A stretch of 64,000 nt of DNA from Promethearchaeota archaeon (GCA_048938385.1 JBHLMG010000006.1:32001-96000); one strand, 5' to 3'; shown: positions 48,083 through 58,322, counted from the first letter of the stretch. Translations and numbers: made by a program. Notes: a model not told the origin generated them from the sequence alone.

Positions 48083-50944
48083 CTAGAAGGTTTTGCCGCT
48101 TCGGCGGTTTGCCCATTTGTACACTTCCATTCCAGCGAGGGCGGGAAGCGAAAGGGCAAAGACAATGAGCCAGTCAAGTCCGGTGAGAGGATAGTAGTCG
48201 AAATTGATGTTTAAGTACGAAAGAATCATTGTTGCTTGAGGAATATACATCAATCCAAGGTGCATGAGAAATACAAAGGCAAGCATGAAATAAATGAACC
48301 AGAAACTTTCGTAGCGCATCGACCGATAGACAGACTGATTGATACGGCGGATGCTCAGGATCATCAAGGATTCTGTTAAAAGCAGGACAGAAATCGTCAT
48401 CACTTGGGCTTTGCTATAAAGCTCGATTATTTCTATGGGTGTTCCTGGGAACAGGTATGTTAGGGTGCCGAAAAAGGCAATGATTGCACTAACCGCAATG
48501 AGAATAGCGTTGATGATCAAATAACTACCTAGGCGTGGGGTCAGGATAGCTTCAGTATCACGGGGTTGTTCTTTCATGACGAATTTGGGGTGGCTATCAA
48601 AAACCAGAGCTAGACCTGGCCAGGAATGGCTAGAGATCGCAAGGAAAATGTGCTGCCAAGGCGTTAGAAACCGAAAGCCAAGGAAAAAAGTGAGGAAGAA
48701 GATGATGGATTCAGCGACATTGATGGTGATGTAAAATAGAATCATTGCTCGGATTTTGTTAAACAGACCTCGTCCTTGACGAATGCCCTCGACGATGGAG
48801 GTATAGCTGTCATCTGCAATTATCATATCGGCAGCTTCTTTGGCGACATCGGTACCTGTAATGCCCATTGCGATTCCTACATCACTCATGCTGAGGGCGA
48901 GCGCGTCGTTTACACCATCACCTGTCACAGCGACGACGCGGTTGGTCGCTTTGAACCGTTCAACGATAATTTGCTTGTCATCAGGGTCAACACGGGCAAA
49001 GACGCTTACTTTCCCGAAATTTTCGTTGCTTATATTTTTGATGGCTTCACCTTCAATGACGACATCGTCATCATGGACAATTGCTAATTGACGACCAATG
49101 GTTTCAGCAGTCGCTGCGGCATCACCGGTAATCATGACTGTTTTAATGCCGGCTTCTGCAACTTCTTGAACAGCCTCTCGAACTCCTTCCCGAGGCGGAT
49201 CTAAAATTCCTACGAATCCCACATAGGTTAAGTCTTGCTCTACAGCTTCACGGAGAGTCGATCCGCGTCCTTTAGGTAATTCATCGAAGCGTCGAACTGC
49301 AAAGGACAGAACTCGGTAACCACCTGATGCGAATCCATTGGCATACTGCTGAATGTATTTGCTTTGTTTCTTAGTCAGGCGACGGTTGGTTCGATCATCC
49401 CCAATTTGGGTTGACCGCTCTAAGAGGACATCCGTTGCCCCTTTGATAAAGGCTACATAATCTCCTTCAGGGTGACGGAAGATTCGCGTCATCCGTTTCA
49501 GAGCGGAATCAAAGGGAAAATCATGAACCATCGGGTACGCCGAACGGAGACTACTTTCAGATACTCCACTCTTCTCGAGTAACACTAACAACGCGGCTTC
49601 AGTAGGGTCTCCCACAGCCTTCCAAGAAACTAGGTCGCGTTCAATCTCTTCTCGTTCTAAGTGGGCATCGTTGTTTAGCCCCCCAATCCGGATGAGCAAA
49701 GAGAGTTGTTGATAGTCTTCAACATCAATGGGCTCTTCGGTGATGGATGTACCATTAACTTTGTCCTTGTTGACCAGATGGACGGTGCCGCTTGGAGTAT
49801 ATCCTGCTCCGGAAACATGAAAGAGGTTGGTTCCATCCCAGATGAGGTCGACCATCATTTCGCTACGGGTAAGAGTTCCAGTTTTATCGGTGCAAACGAC
49901 GCTGACGCGCCCTAGGCTTTCTACCGCTGAGAGGTCGCTGACAATTACCCCTAATCCTGCCATCGCTAGCACCCCCGTTAATAGGATGATGGTGGTTAAC
50001 AAGGGGATATTGATGGGAGCCACCGTCATTGCATTAATGATGGCTTCCATCGCTAATTCAGGGAGGGTTGGAAAGACACCGTCTACCGGTCGCGGAAAGA
50101 GTAGGTAAGAGCCAAAACCAACTATACCAAAGATGAGAGCCGCCGTGCCAAGATACAAAGCGAGTCGATTGACTTTTCGCCTTAGTGGGATTTCACCTGT
50201 GTTAAGCGTCTCGAGACCTTCGCTTATCCCCCCAATTTCCGTAGACTCCCCAGTATTGGAAACAAGAATGCGTCCAGATCCTGTTGCCACATGCGTCCCA
50301 CGATACACCATACTTGTACGCTCATGGATTGGCGTTTCTTCAAGGAGAGCCGTTGTGATCACACTTTTTTCTACAGGTGCACTTTCGCCTGTTAAGGATG
50401 ATTCGACAACCGATAGTTGGTTAGCTTCTATGAGTCTTCCATCTGCTGGTATTCGATCGCCTTGGGCTAGAACCAGCAGGTCACCAGGCACAACTTCGGA
50501 GGCATCAATTTCTTGCTTGAGTCCATCACGAAATACCACGATGGTGTCTGCTGTTAGGGATTGGAGGGCGGCGAGTTTCTTTTGCGCCCGATATTGCTGG
50601 ACTATGGCGAGTACAGCGTTAAACGCGATGACCACGACCCAGATAAGCGCTTGCTCGGCCCCTGCGGCTTGGAAAAAAATGACCAATAGTGCCATCAACG
50701 CGATGGCAACGAGATAGATAAGGATTAATCCATTGAAAATTGGAGCTAGATAGACTCGCCAAAAAGATCCGCGGATATGGGGCAATTCATTACGCCCATA
50801 GATTTCAAGGCGTCTGAGAGCTTCAGCACCGGTTATCCCATGCGTCGTATCTGCTTCGAGTTGGGTTTGAAGTTGGGCTAGAGTCGTCGCATGAGGATGC
50901 TGAATGGGCACTGGTGTGATTTCGTGTTCTCCGCTGGTCGTCAT
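48083..50944 (-). CDS. P2-type (SERCA/PMR1-like) P-type ATPase with non-canonical transport site
   Basis: LTGES, DKTGTLT, GDPTE, KGA, DPPR, MITGD, TGDGVND; M4 reads PINIP. Confidence 0.93.
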   Translation of the reverse strand: MTTSGEHEITPVPIQHPHATTLAQLQTQLEADTTHGITGAEALRRLEIYGRNELPHIRGSFWRVYLAPIFNGLILIYLVAIALMALLVIFFQAAGAEQALIWVVVIAFNAVLAIVQQYRAQKKLAALQSLTADTIVVFRDGLKQEIDASEVVPGDLLVLAQGDRIPADGRLIEANQLSVVESSLTGESAPVEKSVITTALLEETPIHERTSMVYRGTHVATGSGRILVSNTGESTEIGGISEGLETLNTGEIPLRRKVNRLALYLGTAALIFGIVGFGSYLLFPRPVDGVFPTLPELAMEAIINAMTVAPINIPLLTTIILLTGVLAMAGLGVIVSDLSAVESLGRVSVVCTDKTGTLTRSEMMVDLIWDGTNLFHVSGAGYTPSGTVHLVNKDKVNGTSITEEPIDVEDYQQLSLLIRIGGLNNDAHLEREEIERDLVSWKAVGDPTEAALLVLLEKSGVSESSLRSAYPMVHDFPFDSALKRMTRIFRHPEGDYVAFIKGATDVLLERSTQIGDDRTNRRLTKKQSKYIQQYANGFASGGYRVLSFAVRRFDELPKGRGSTLREAVEQDLTYVGFVGILDPPREGVREAVQEVAEAGIKTVMITGDAAATAETIGRQLAIVHDDDVVIEGEAIKNISNENFGKVSVFARVDPDDKQIIVERFKATNRVVAVTGDGVNDALALSMSDVGIAMGITGTDVAKEAADMIIADDSYTSIVEGIRQGRGLFNKIRAMILFYITINVAESIIFFLTFFLGFRFLTPWQHIFLAISSHSWPGLALVFDSHPKFVMKEQPRDTEAILTPRLGSYLIINAILIAVSAIIAFFGTLTYLFPGTPIEIIELYSKAQVMTISVLLLTESLMILSIRRINQSVYRSMRYESFWFIYFMLAFVFLMHLGLMYIPQATMILSYLNINFDYYPLTGLDWLIVFALSLPALAGMEVYKWANRRSGKTF

Positions 50945-51003
50945 GCGAGTGTCCCATAGGGTTTTGCAACAACTTAGCTTAAAAGTGAATTGCGCTCTGC
51001 CAT

Positions 51004-53400
51004 TTAGTTTGAGGGGCGGTTATGTTCTCGCATTATATTAGCCATTTCTTGAAGGCGTTGATTGACTCTGGCAAAGATAGTGCCCTCGGGGAAAGACCCG
51101 TCAGCTTGACGATTGCCAGCTGGTACACCAGTGAGGAGTTCAATGCCTTCTTGGATGGTGTCTATTGAATAGAGGTGGAATTTTCCGGCTTCAACGGCTT
51201 CGATGACTTCATCTTTGAGCATGAGGTTTTGCACATTAGCTTGGGGGATGAGAACACCTTGTTCACCCGTTAACCCCATTTCTTTACAGACAGCGAAGTA
51301 GCCTTCGATTTTTTGGTTCACACCGCCTATAGCTTGGACTTGACCGTGCTGATTAACTGAACCAGTCACAGCAAAGCGTTGCTGAACCGGAGCTTCCGAC
51401 AGAGCCGATAACATTGCGTAAAGCTCTGTGCTACTGGCACTATCGCCATCTACACCGCCATAACTTTGTTCAAAGACTAAACGGGCAGACAAACTCAAGG
51501 GTTTTTCTTGACCAAAGGTTTCATGGAGAAAGCCGGTCAAAATTTGAACGCCTTTGATTTGGAGAGGCCCACTGAGTTGGGCTTCGCGTTCGATATCAAT
51601 GACCTGACCTTCGCGACCTGGGGCCACGGTGGCAGTTATTCGGGAGGGTTGGCCAAAGGTGAAGTCGCCCGTGGATAGAACGGAGAGTCCGTTAATTTGT
51701 CCAACCGCTTCACCTTCGGTGTCGATAAGAATTACACCTTTCTTGATGTATTCTCGGATCTTTTCAGCGTACATGTTGGAACGATAGTATCGTTCGTCCA
51801 AAGCTTGTTTGATATGGGTGAGTTCAATTTGTGGTTTCTTTTCGTTTTTTGCATAGAAGTTGGCTTCCCTTATGACATCGGAGATGACATCGAACCGTGT
51901 GGAGAGTTTGGCTTGGTCATCAGCAAGTCGGGAGCTGAAATCGACCACTTCGGCAATGGCTTCGACGGTTAAGGGTAGTAGACCTTCTTTGTTAGTCAAG
52001 GTACAAACGAAATCTCCATAAATTTTCACCGCGTCTTGTGTGCGGTTCATAGAGGTATCAAAGTCGGCTTTTACCTTGAAGAGTTCACGGAAATCAGGAT
52101 CGAACTGGTAGAGTTGTTGGTACCAGAGGGGTTCGCCGATCAGAACGACTTTAATTTTTAGGGGAATGGGTTCGGGATGAAGGGTTTTGACGGAGAGAAA
52201 ACCTAAGGCTTCATGAGCTTCTTCAATGATGATATGATCATGTTGGAGTGCTCGTTTCAAGGCGGGATAGGACGCTGGAGTGGTCAGTAATTCGCGTACT
52301 GGAATAACGATATAACCTCCGTTAGCGCGATGAAGTTCACCGGCACGAATCATGGTCGTGTCCGTGACTAAGGCTCCGAACCTGGGTTCTTTCTCGATAC
52401 GTCCAAAGAGATTGTTATATGCAGCGTTGGTCACCGTGATGGTTGGAGCTCCTTCTTGCTCAGAATTATCTACAATGAGATTGACTTGATAGCGTTGAGC
52501 GAAATCTTCAGGAGACGGAATTCGAAGCGCGAGGGTGGGAGGGAGTCCTTCTGGTTGTCGACCAATGAACTGGTTAAGATTCTTAATGATATCTTGAGCC
52601 GTCTCGTGAATCCAGTTCACAACGGCTTCGTTATGTTTGAACTCCTCCTCGAGCTCATTAATTAAGGGCTCGAGGGTGAACTGGACTGCTTTTTCTTCCT
52701 GATCTCGTAAAACCTCTCGGAGTTCTCGCTCGAGGTTTCGGAGCTTACGAAAAGTTGCCCTGAGCTCCATTTCCAAAGCGTTTCGGCGTTCCTCGATCTC
52801 TTTCCGAGCTTTAGGTTGAAGCTGCGCGACGATGTCCGGTGTCACGGGTTTTCCTTCAATAATCGGTACCATGAGAAGCCCGGTTTGCGTACCTTGTAAT
52901 ACGAAGCCTGCATGTTGTGCTCTGTTTCGCATCTGCTCTGTGAGTTGGTCGCGTTGATCTTCAAAGGTACGAGTTAATTCTTCTCGCTGTTTAGCGTATT
53001 CTTCGCTTTCTAACATCCGTTGAATCGAAGTTCGCGCTCCTTCAATGAACCGATCAATTTTCGTGACGAAAACCTTGCCCTGTCCTGCGGGAAACTGTAA
53101 GGCTTTCGGTTTGAATTGGTTAGCGTAGTTCGAGACATAACACCAATCCAATGGCAGAGGATCGTCCGCGGCAATTTCTTTGAGGAATCGCTCGGTTGCC
53201 GTAGTGCGGCCTGTTCCAGACATACCCGCGACATAGATGTTAAATCCCTTATCTGGGATCTCTAACCCGAATTGTAAAGCCTTCAAAGCCCGAGGTTGCC
53301 CCACCACGCCTTCCAGAATTGACAATTCATCACTGCTTTTACAAGCAAATTCTTTGGCTTCACAGTGAGCGCGAAGCTGTTGCGTATTTAATTTTGGCAA
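51004..53400 (-). CDS. Lon-like protease (LonC/AAA_32 type)
   Basis: GQ.RA, degenerate Walker A GMSGTGRTT, LHRANGG, GQINGL, EQSYGGVDGDSASS (catalytic Ser), GGVNQKIEG (catalytic Lys). Confidence 0.9.
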   Translation of the reverse strand: MPKLNTQQLRAHCEAKEFACKSSDELSILEGVVGQPRALKALQFGLEIPDKGFNIYVAGMSGTGRTTATERFLKEIAADDPLPLDWCYVSNYANQFKPKALQFPAGQGKVFVTKIDRFIEGARTSIQRMLESEEYAKQREELTRTFEDQRDQLTEQMRNRAQHAGFVLQGTQTGLLMVPIIEGKPVTPDIVAQLQPKARKEIEERRNALEMELRATFRKLRNLERELREVLRDQEEKAVQFTLEPLINELEEEFKHNEAVVNWIHETAQDIIKNLNQFIGRQPEGLPPTLALRIPSPEDFAQRYQVNLIVDNSEQEGAPTITVTNAAYNNLFGRIEKEPRFGALVTDTTMIRAGELHRANGGYIVIPVRELLTTPASYPALKRALQHDHIIIEEAHEALGFLSVKTLHPEPIPLKIKVVLIGEPLWYQQLYQFDPDFRELFKVKADFDTSMNRTQDAVKIYGDFVCTLTNKEGLLPLTVEAIAEVVDFSSRLADDQAKLSTRFDVISDVIREANFYAKNEKKPQIELTHIKQALDERYYRSNMYAEKIREYIKKGVILIDTEGEAVGQINGLSVLSTGDFTFGQPSRITATVAPGREGQVIDIEREAQLSGPLQIKGVQILTGFLHETFGQEKPLSLSARLVFEQSYGGVDGDSASSTELYAMLSALSEAPVQQRFAVTGSVNQHGQVQAIGGVNQKIEGYFAVCKEMGLTGEQGVLIPQANVQNLMLKDEVIEAVEAGKFHLYSIDTIQEGIELLTGVPAGNRQADGSFPEGTIFARVNQRLQEMANIMREHNRPSN

Positions 53401-53504
53401 TGTAGTGCCTCCCCATCAGTATGTATCTTCTCTGCAAACCTGACTATTAAATAGCTTTGAGGATTTACAAACCGCTCCATGGAAATAGTGCTCAGAATTT
53501 ATTA

Positions 53505-53520
53505 ATGGATTTAAATCCAT
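53505..53520. promoter_or_regulatory. perfect 16-bp palindrome, putative operator
   Basis: ATGGATTTAAATCCAT in a divergent intergenic region. Confidence 0.45.
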
Positions 53521-53565
53521 CAGGTTAAGTAATATCTGCAATAAATGCGAATGAGGTTGCTCTCG

Positions 53566-54915
53566 ATGGGAAAAATAGCAAAAGGGTTGAAAGTAGTTCA
53601 GCGAGATAAACAAGCGCTTGGTCAGGCACTTCGCCTAGCCTATTACCCAGTAGTCGCTGTTCATGCTCAGGGCTCCAAGGTATGGGATAAAGATGGAAAT
53701 GAATACATTGATTTTCTGGGTGGTGCCGCAGCGCTTCCTATTGGTCACCGACATCCTGCCATCGTTGAGGCAATTAAAACACAAGCAGACCAACTAATTC
53801 ATTACCCGCCCCTTTACGGATATCATGAACTAGCAGTCGAGTTAGCAGAGAAACTGAATCAGCTGCCATCAGGAGATTTCAAAAAGAAGACGATTTATCA
53901 GCTCGCTGGTGCAGCGGCCATGGACCTCACAGTTAAACTGGTTAGAGTGGGAACCAGACGAACAAAGATAATTGCTTTTCTCAAAGGCTATTATGGGGCG
54001 CTTTATGGTGCCTTATCTCTGAGTGCATTTTCAACAGTTCAACGTCGATATCTCGGACCTTTTCTTCCAGAAATATACCATGTCCCCTTCGCTGATTGTT
54101 ATAGGTGCACCTTCAAACAAGAGTACCCTGATTGCGGCTTACTTTGTTTAGATTATTTAAAGAATGTATTAAGGCATCTCGTGCCTCCTGAAGAAGTCGC
54201 AGCAATTATTACTGAACCAGTTGCATCAGATGGAGGCTATATATTCCCACCTGTTGAATGGCTAAAAGGCCTTGAAGAAATTTGCCGGCACCATAACATG
54301 CTCTTTGCACTTGATGAGATTCAAACGGGGTGCGGACGCTGCGGTTCATGGTTTATCTCAGAGCAATATAACCTCACACCTGACCTTGTTGCTTTTGGTA
54401 AAGGATTTTCCGCTGGCGTTCCCTTGAGCGGGGTAATCGGCCGTGCCTCAGTTATGGATGAACTAAACCCGCCCTCCGCAATAGGTACAGGGATTGGCAA
54501 CCCAATTGCCTGTGCGGTAGCTTTGGCAGTAATCGAAGTAATTGAAAAACAAGATCTTATCTCACAATGTAGAAAAATGGGGACCTATTTGAAGAAACGG
54601 TTTGAAGAAATGAAAGAGGAACACCCATTAATTGGGGATATTCGTGGTAAGGGGCTATTGATTGGCATCGACTTAGTCAAGGATCAACAGACACGAGAAC
54701 CCGCACGATTAGAAGCCGCAAAAGTGTGCTGGCGGTCAGGAGAGCTCGGCCTTATCCTCACAACCCTTGGGGAGTCTGTTCTCCGAGTTTGCCCAGCATT
54801 TAATCTCAGCCAGGCAGAGGCGGATCGCGCGCTCGAGATTATCGATACTGCACTAGGAGATGTTGAGAGAGGAAAAGTCTCAGATAAAGCCGTCAGCGAT
54901 CTCACCCCCTGGTAG
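53566..54915 (+). CDS. class III PLP aminotransferase family (GABA-AT/ornithine-AT/amino-acid racemase-like)
   Basis: D.DGNEYIDF, AIITEP, DEIQTG.GR.G, FGKG, IRGKGL..G. ATG 53566 chosen. Confidence 0.88.
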   Translation: MGKIAKGLKVVQRDKQALGQALRLAYYPVVAVHAQGSKVWDKDGNEYIDFLGGAAALPIGHRHPAIVEAIKTQADQLIHYPPLYGYHELAVELAEKLNQLPSGDFKKKTIYQLAGAAAMDLTVKLVRVGTRRTKIIAFLKGYYGALYGALSLSAFSTVQRRYLGPFLPEIYHVPFADCYRCTFKQEYPDCGLLCLDYLKNVLRHLVPPEEVAAIITEPVASDGGYIFPPVEWLKGLEEICRHHNMLFALDEIQTGCGRCGSWFISEQYNLTPDLVAFGKGFSAGVPLSGVIGRASVMDELNPPSAIGTGIGNPIACAVALAVIEVIEKQDLISQCRKMGTYLKKRFEEMKEEHPLIGDIRGKGLLIGIDLVKDQQTREPARLEAAKVCWRSGELGLILTTLGESVLRVCPAFNLSQAEADRALEIIDTALGDVERGKVSDKAVSDLTPW

Positions 54916-55059
54916 GCTAACTACCAACAATCATGTGCAGGCACAAATTCTGAAAACAATAGGGCACCTCTTCACCAATAGGAGAAGAAGTGTTTGGCTT
55001 ATTCATTGAACAATCCATGTAAATGTAGGGGACATATTACCTAAGTAAGAACAGCCGCA

Positions 55060-56400
55060 CTAGTCATCATCTGTGAGCGGGGGAGGAATGAACACTTTCT
55101 TCTTGCCCCCACGAATTCTTCCGATCATGGTGCCCATAACCGATCCAGCGTAAGGCCATAAAACGGTGATAAAGAAGAGCAAGAAATACGCGATGAAGAG
55201 GTTGAGATTTTGAGTAAGGAGTGCTTCAAACCAGCCTAACGAGGAGAGTACAGCGAAGGTCGTTGGAAACATTGGCCAAACAAAATAGAAAAGACCGAAA
55301 AAGAGTGGTATAGTTACGACGAGATTGATTCCGAACGCCACCTTTTTTGATTTACCCCGACTGATGATTCCAGCAACAGCTCCAACAATCATTCCCACTA
55401 ATAAAAGAAAGAAGTATTGCCCAAATTCTACATGCATGTAGCTAAGAGAAAGTAAATTGACGAAGGGAATTATGTGCCAGGGAATGAGGTTCATCCAACT
55501 AACGAACAATGCGTAAGGTGGGGTGGTTACCCAATTACGTACAAACCGCGCGGTAGCTTGGAAATCTGCTAACCCAAGTCCAAAGACTAATTGACCGCCA
55601 ACAGCTAGCCCCCGAACAAATGCAGCAGTTAGGAGCAACCCGAGGAAGATGAATATAACCAGGTAGTCCCCTCCTTTCATTTTAATTTCATGAAGGTAGG
55701 TGCGAGCCCTCAAGTTATAACCAAATCCTCGAGACTCGATAGCAGTAGCAATATCACGGGTTCTCCGCATCGAATTAGCAATAGATGGAACCAACATTTT
55801 TGTTAAAAGCGCGGAGAAGCGTTTTGCAGGATTACGGAATTCGTATTCCCAGCCTCGTGCCTGCTGGGCTTCCTTAATTCGCCGGTTCTCATCAATTAAG
55901 ACAGGAAGATAGCCAAGACCAATGCTTACAGCGAGCGCAAATTCTGGAGGAACACGTAACTTCGTGAGCGCAAGGATTAGATCACGAATTGGTGTAAGCA
56001 TTAGTACCGTTCTAATCATCACTAAAATAATTAGGAATCTAAAGAGGGCTCCAATCCCCCATACTACTGATTCAACTGTTATCGGAAAAAGCGGAGGAAA
56101 GGTCCAGAATATTAAGTAAAACATCACTAAGGGATCTGGAACTCGAACGGGAGGAAGAATAAGGTTAAAGATGAAATACATGACTGCAACGGGAAAGATT
56201 GATCGGATAAAACTCGCAATTTTACTCAGCGGAATCCGGGCTAGTTTGAGAATCAGTAATTCGAAGAAAAAGAGTGAAATTAGCCAAATTGGATCATTAA
56301 ACCAAACAGACATAACAACAATAGCCATAGCCATGAAGATTTTTGTCCGTGGATCACGTCGGTGGAAAAAATCGTCTCCTGGAATATACTCAAAAGCCAT
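55060..56400 (-). CDS. ecfT: ECF transporter T component with C-terminal membrane extension
   Basis: DPRTK, AQQARG and AIESRG coupling motifs; extra C-terminal TM region. Confidence 0.88.
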   Translation of the reverse strand: MAFEYIPGDDFFHRRDPRTKIFMAMAIVVMSVWFNDPIWLISLFFFELLILKLARIPLSKIASFIRSIFPVAVMYFIFNLILPPVRVPDPLVMFYLIFWTFPPLFPITVESVVWGIGALFRFLIILVMIRTVLMLTPIRDLILALTKLRVPPEFALAVSIGLGYLPVLIDENRRIKEAQQARGWEYEFRNPAKRFSALLTKMLVPSIANSMRRTRDIATAIESRGFGYNLRARTYLHEIKMKGGDYLVIFIFLGLLLTAAFVRGLAVGGQLVFGLGLADFQATARFVRNWVTTPPYALFVSWMNLIPWHIIPFVNLLSLSYMHVEFGQYFFLLLVGMIVGAVAGIISRGKSKKVAFGINLVVTIPLFFGLFYFVWPMFPTTFAVLSSLGWFEALLTQNLNLFIAYFLLFFITVLWPYAGSVMGTMIGRIRGGKKKVFIPPPLTDDD

Positions 56401-56411
56401 TTTTATCGCCC

Positions 56412-58133
56412 TCACATAAGCTTGGAAACAAATTGGAACATTTCATCAACATTCAACGCGTTAATTGGTAGCCCATACTTGTCTAGGGCTTGGCCAAACC
56501 GCGTAATTTGCGGGGGATGAATAAAACTTCGAGCGAGAACCTCCGATTGCGAGTATACCTCACGAACAGGACCATCCAAGAGAATCCGCCCATTACGGAG
56601 AACAATAATTCGGTTGCAGTACTCAGCGGCTAGGTTCATGTCGTGAGTGATGATGATAACCGTCTTGCCCGCTTTGTTTAGGCTTCGATAAAACTCCATC
56701 ATTTCATTTCCTGTTCTAAAATCTTGACCTGTTGTTGGTTCATCAACAATGAGAACTTCTGGGCGCATGGCAAGAACCGAGGCAACAGCAAGTTTTTGTC
56801 TTTCGCCTTTGCTTAACGAGAAAGGTTTTTCGTCAAGTCGTTGATCAAACCCAAAGAGTTTGGCTACTTCGTCTCGGCGGCGTTCGATTTCTTCTTTATT
56901 GAGTTTAAGATTCTTTGGACCAAACTCCATTTCCTCTTTTACGGACTGACAACAAATTTGGAAATCTGGGTTTTGGAAAACATATCCCACCTGAGTAGAT
57001 AGTTGAGCAATCGTTCTATCCTTCGTGTTTTCGCCCATCACCCATACATCGCCATAACTTGGCAAAAGAAGGCGGTTAAAGTGTTTGACTAGAGTGGTTT
57101 TTCCTGACCCGTTTTGCCCGATTATCCCCACGAAATCCCCAGCTTTAATGGAGAGATCGATGCCCCGGAGCGCATGGACTTCGCCCTCCTCGTAAACATG
57201 CCAGAGTGATTGCGTTCGTAGGATTTCCTCACCTAGACTAACCTCCTTTTTTTCCTCAATTAATACTGGTGCTCCATCTTGTTTTCGCAGAAGCGATTTG
57301 AATGTAGTGATTGCTTCATCTAGGGTGAGTGGGAGTTCAGAGCCAATACGATCACTATTAATTTTTGAGGCTAGAAGTGCAACCTGGGGCGGCTTAAGGC
57401 CTATCTTTTCCATTAGCTGCACATTATGTAATAACTCTCGTGGTGTCCCTTCGAGAATGATTTTTCCTTCGTTGAGGATGATTAAACGGTCAATAATAGG
57501 TAATAATTCTTCCATCTTATGTTCGACAATTAGCATTGTTTTCTTTTCTTCACGAACTATCGTAGTGATCAAATCTAGCACTCGATGGCTTCCAATTGGG
57601 TCCAAGTTTGATGTGGGTTCATCAAGAACATAGATGTCTGGATGCATTGCCATGACTGCAGCGATTGCGCAAGCCTGTTGTTCTCCTCCTGAAAGGCGGT
57701 GGGGACTTGTACTAGCATAGCGATCAAGACGCACTAATTTTCTGAATTTTTCGACCCGCTCAATGATTTTATCTCGTGGGATACCATAATTTTCAGCGCC
57801 AAATGCGATCTCATCGTTTACTGTAGGCGCGATCAATTGCGCTGCAGGATCTTGAAAAAGTAAACCTACACGCTGAGACAAATATGCGATTGTGTTTTTT
57901 CGTGTGTCATGACCGTGAATAGCAACATTCCCCGTCATATTGCCGCGGAAGAAATGTGGAACAAGACCATTCAGCATTTGGCACAAAGTGGTTTTTCCTG
58001 CGCCTGCAGGACCTGAAAGCATAACAATCTCACCAGGCTCGATTCGGAGATTGATGTTTTGAAGTGCGGCTTGTTCAGATCCTTGATAGGTAAAAGAAAC
58101 ATCCTCGATTACAATGTCTGGGATGCTTTCCAT
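56412..58133 (-). CDS. ECF transporter fused double ATPase (A-A')
   Basis: Two NBDs: GPAGAGKTT/LSGGEQQ/LDEPT and GQNGSGKTT/LSKGERQ/VDEPTTGQD. Confidence 0.92.
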   Translation of the reverse strand: MESIPDIVIEDVSFTYQGSEQAALQNINLRIEPGEIVMLSGPAGAGKTTLCQMLNGLVPHFFRGNMTGNVAIHGHDTRKNTIAYLSQRVGLLFQDPAAQLIAPTVNDEIAFGAENYGIPRDKIIERVEKFRKLVRLDRYASTSPHRLSGGEQQACAIAAVMAMHPDIYVLDEPTSNLDPIGSHRVLDLITTIVREEKKTMLIVEHKMEELLPIIDRLIILNEGKIILEGTPRELLHNVQLMEKIGLKPPQVALLASKINSDRIGSELPLTLDEAITTFKSLLRKQDGAPVLIEEKKEVSLGEEILRTQSLWHVYEEGEVHALRGIDLSIKAGDFVGIIGQNGSGKTTLVKHFNRLLLPSYGDVWVMGENTKDRTIAQLSTQVGYVFQNPDFQICCQSVKEEMEFGPKNLKLNKEEIERRRDEVAKLFGFDQRLDEKPFSLSKGERQKLAVASVLAMRPEVLIVDEPTTGQDFRTGNEMMEFYRSLNKAGKTVIIITHDMNLAAEYCNRIIVLRNGRILLDGPVREVYSQSEVLARSFIHPPQITRFGQALDKYGLPINALNVDEMFQFVSKLM

Positions 58134-58300
58134 AAGCACCACATTTTCCGAGTTGGTAGCGGTCCATTATTCGTTGAGATATATAGCTTTTTCATAGCAA
58201 CAGTTTTTTTCATTAAGTAACCGCTACTTAGGTTAAAACATTGTAAAAATTCGATTTTAAAAGTGAAATAACCGGAAAAAAGGGTAGTTTGACAACAGGA

Positions 58301-58322
58301 ACGGTCCTTTTTAAATGACCGT
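58301..58322. promoter_or_regulatory. inverted repeat around a TATA-like core, putative operator
   Basis: ACGGTC-CTTTTTAAAT-GACCGT between divergent ECF genes. Confidence 0.4.

Noticed and set aside
48083-50944. Calling the ATPase a true P4 flippase
   Set aside because: The A-domain motif is TGES rather than DGET, and the overall motifs are P2-like; only the M4 Ile is shared.
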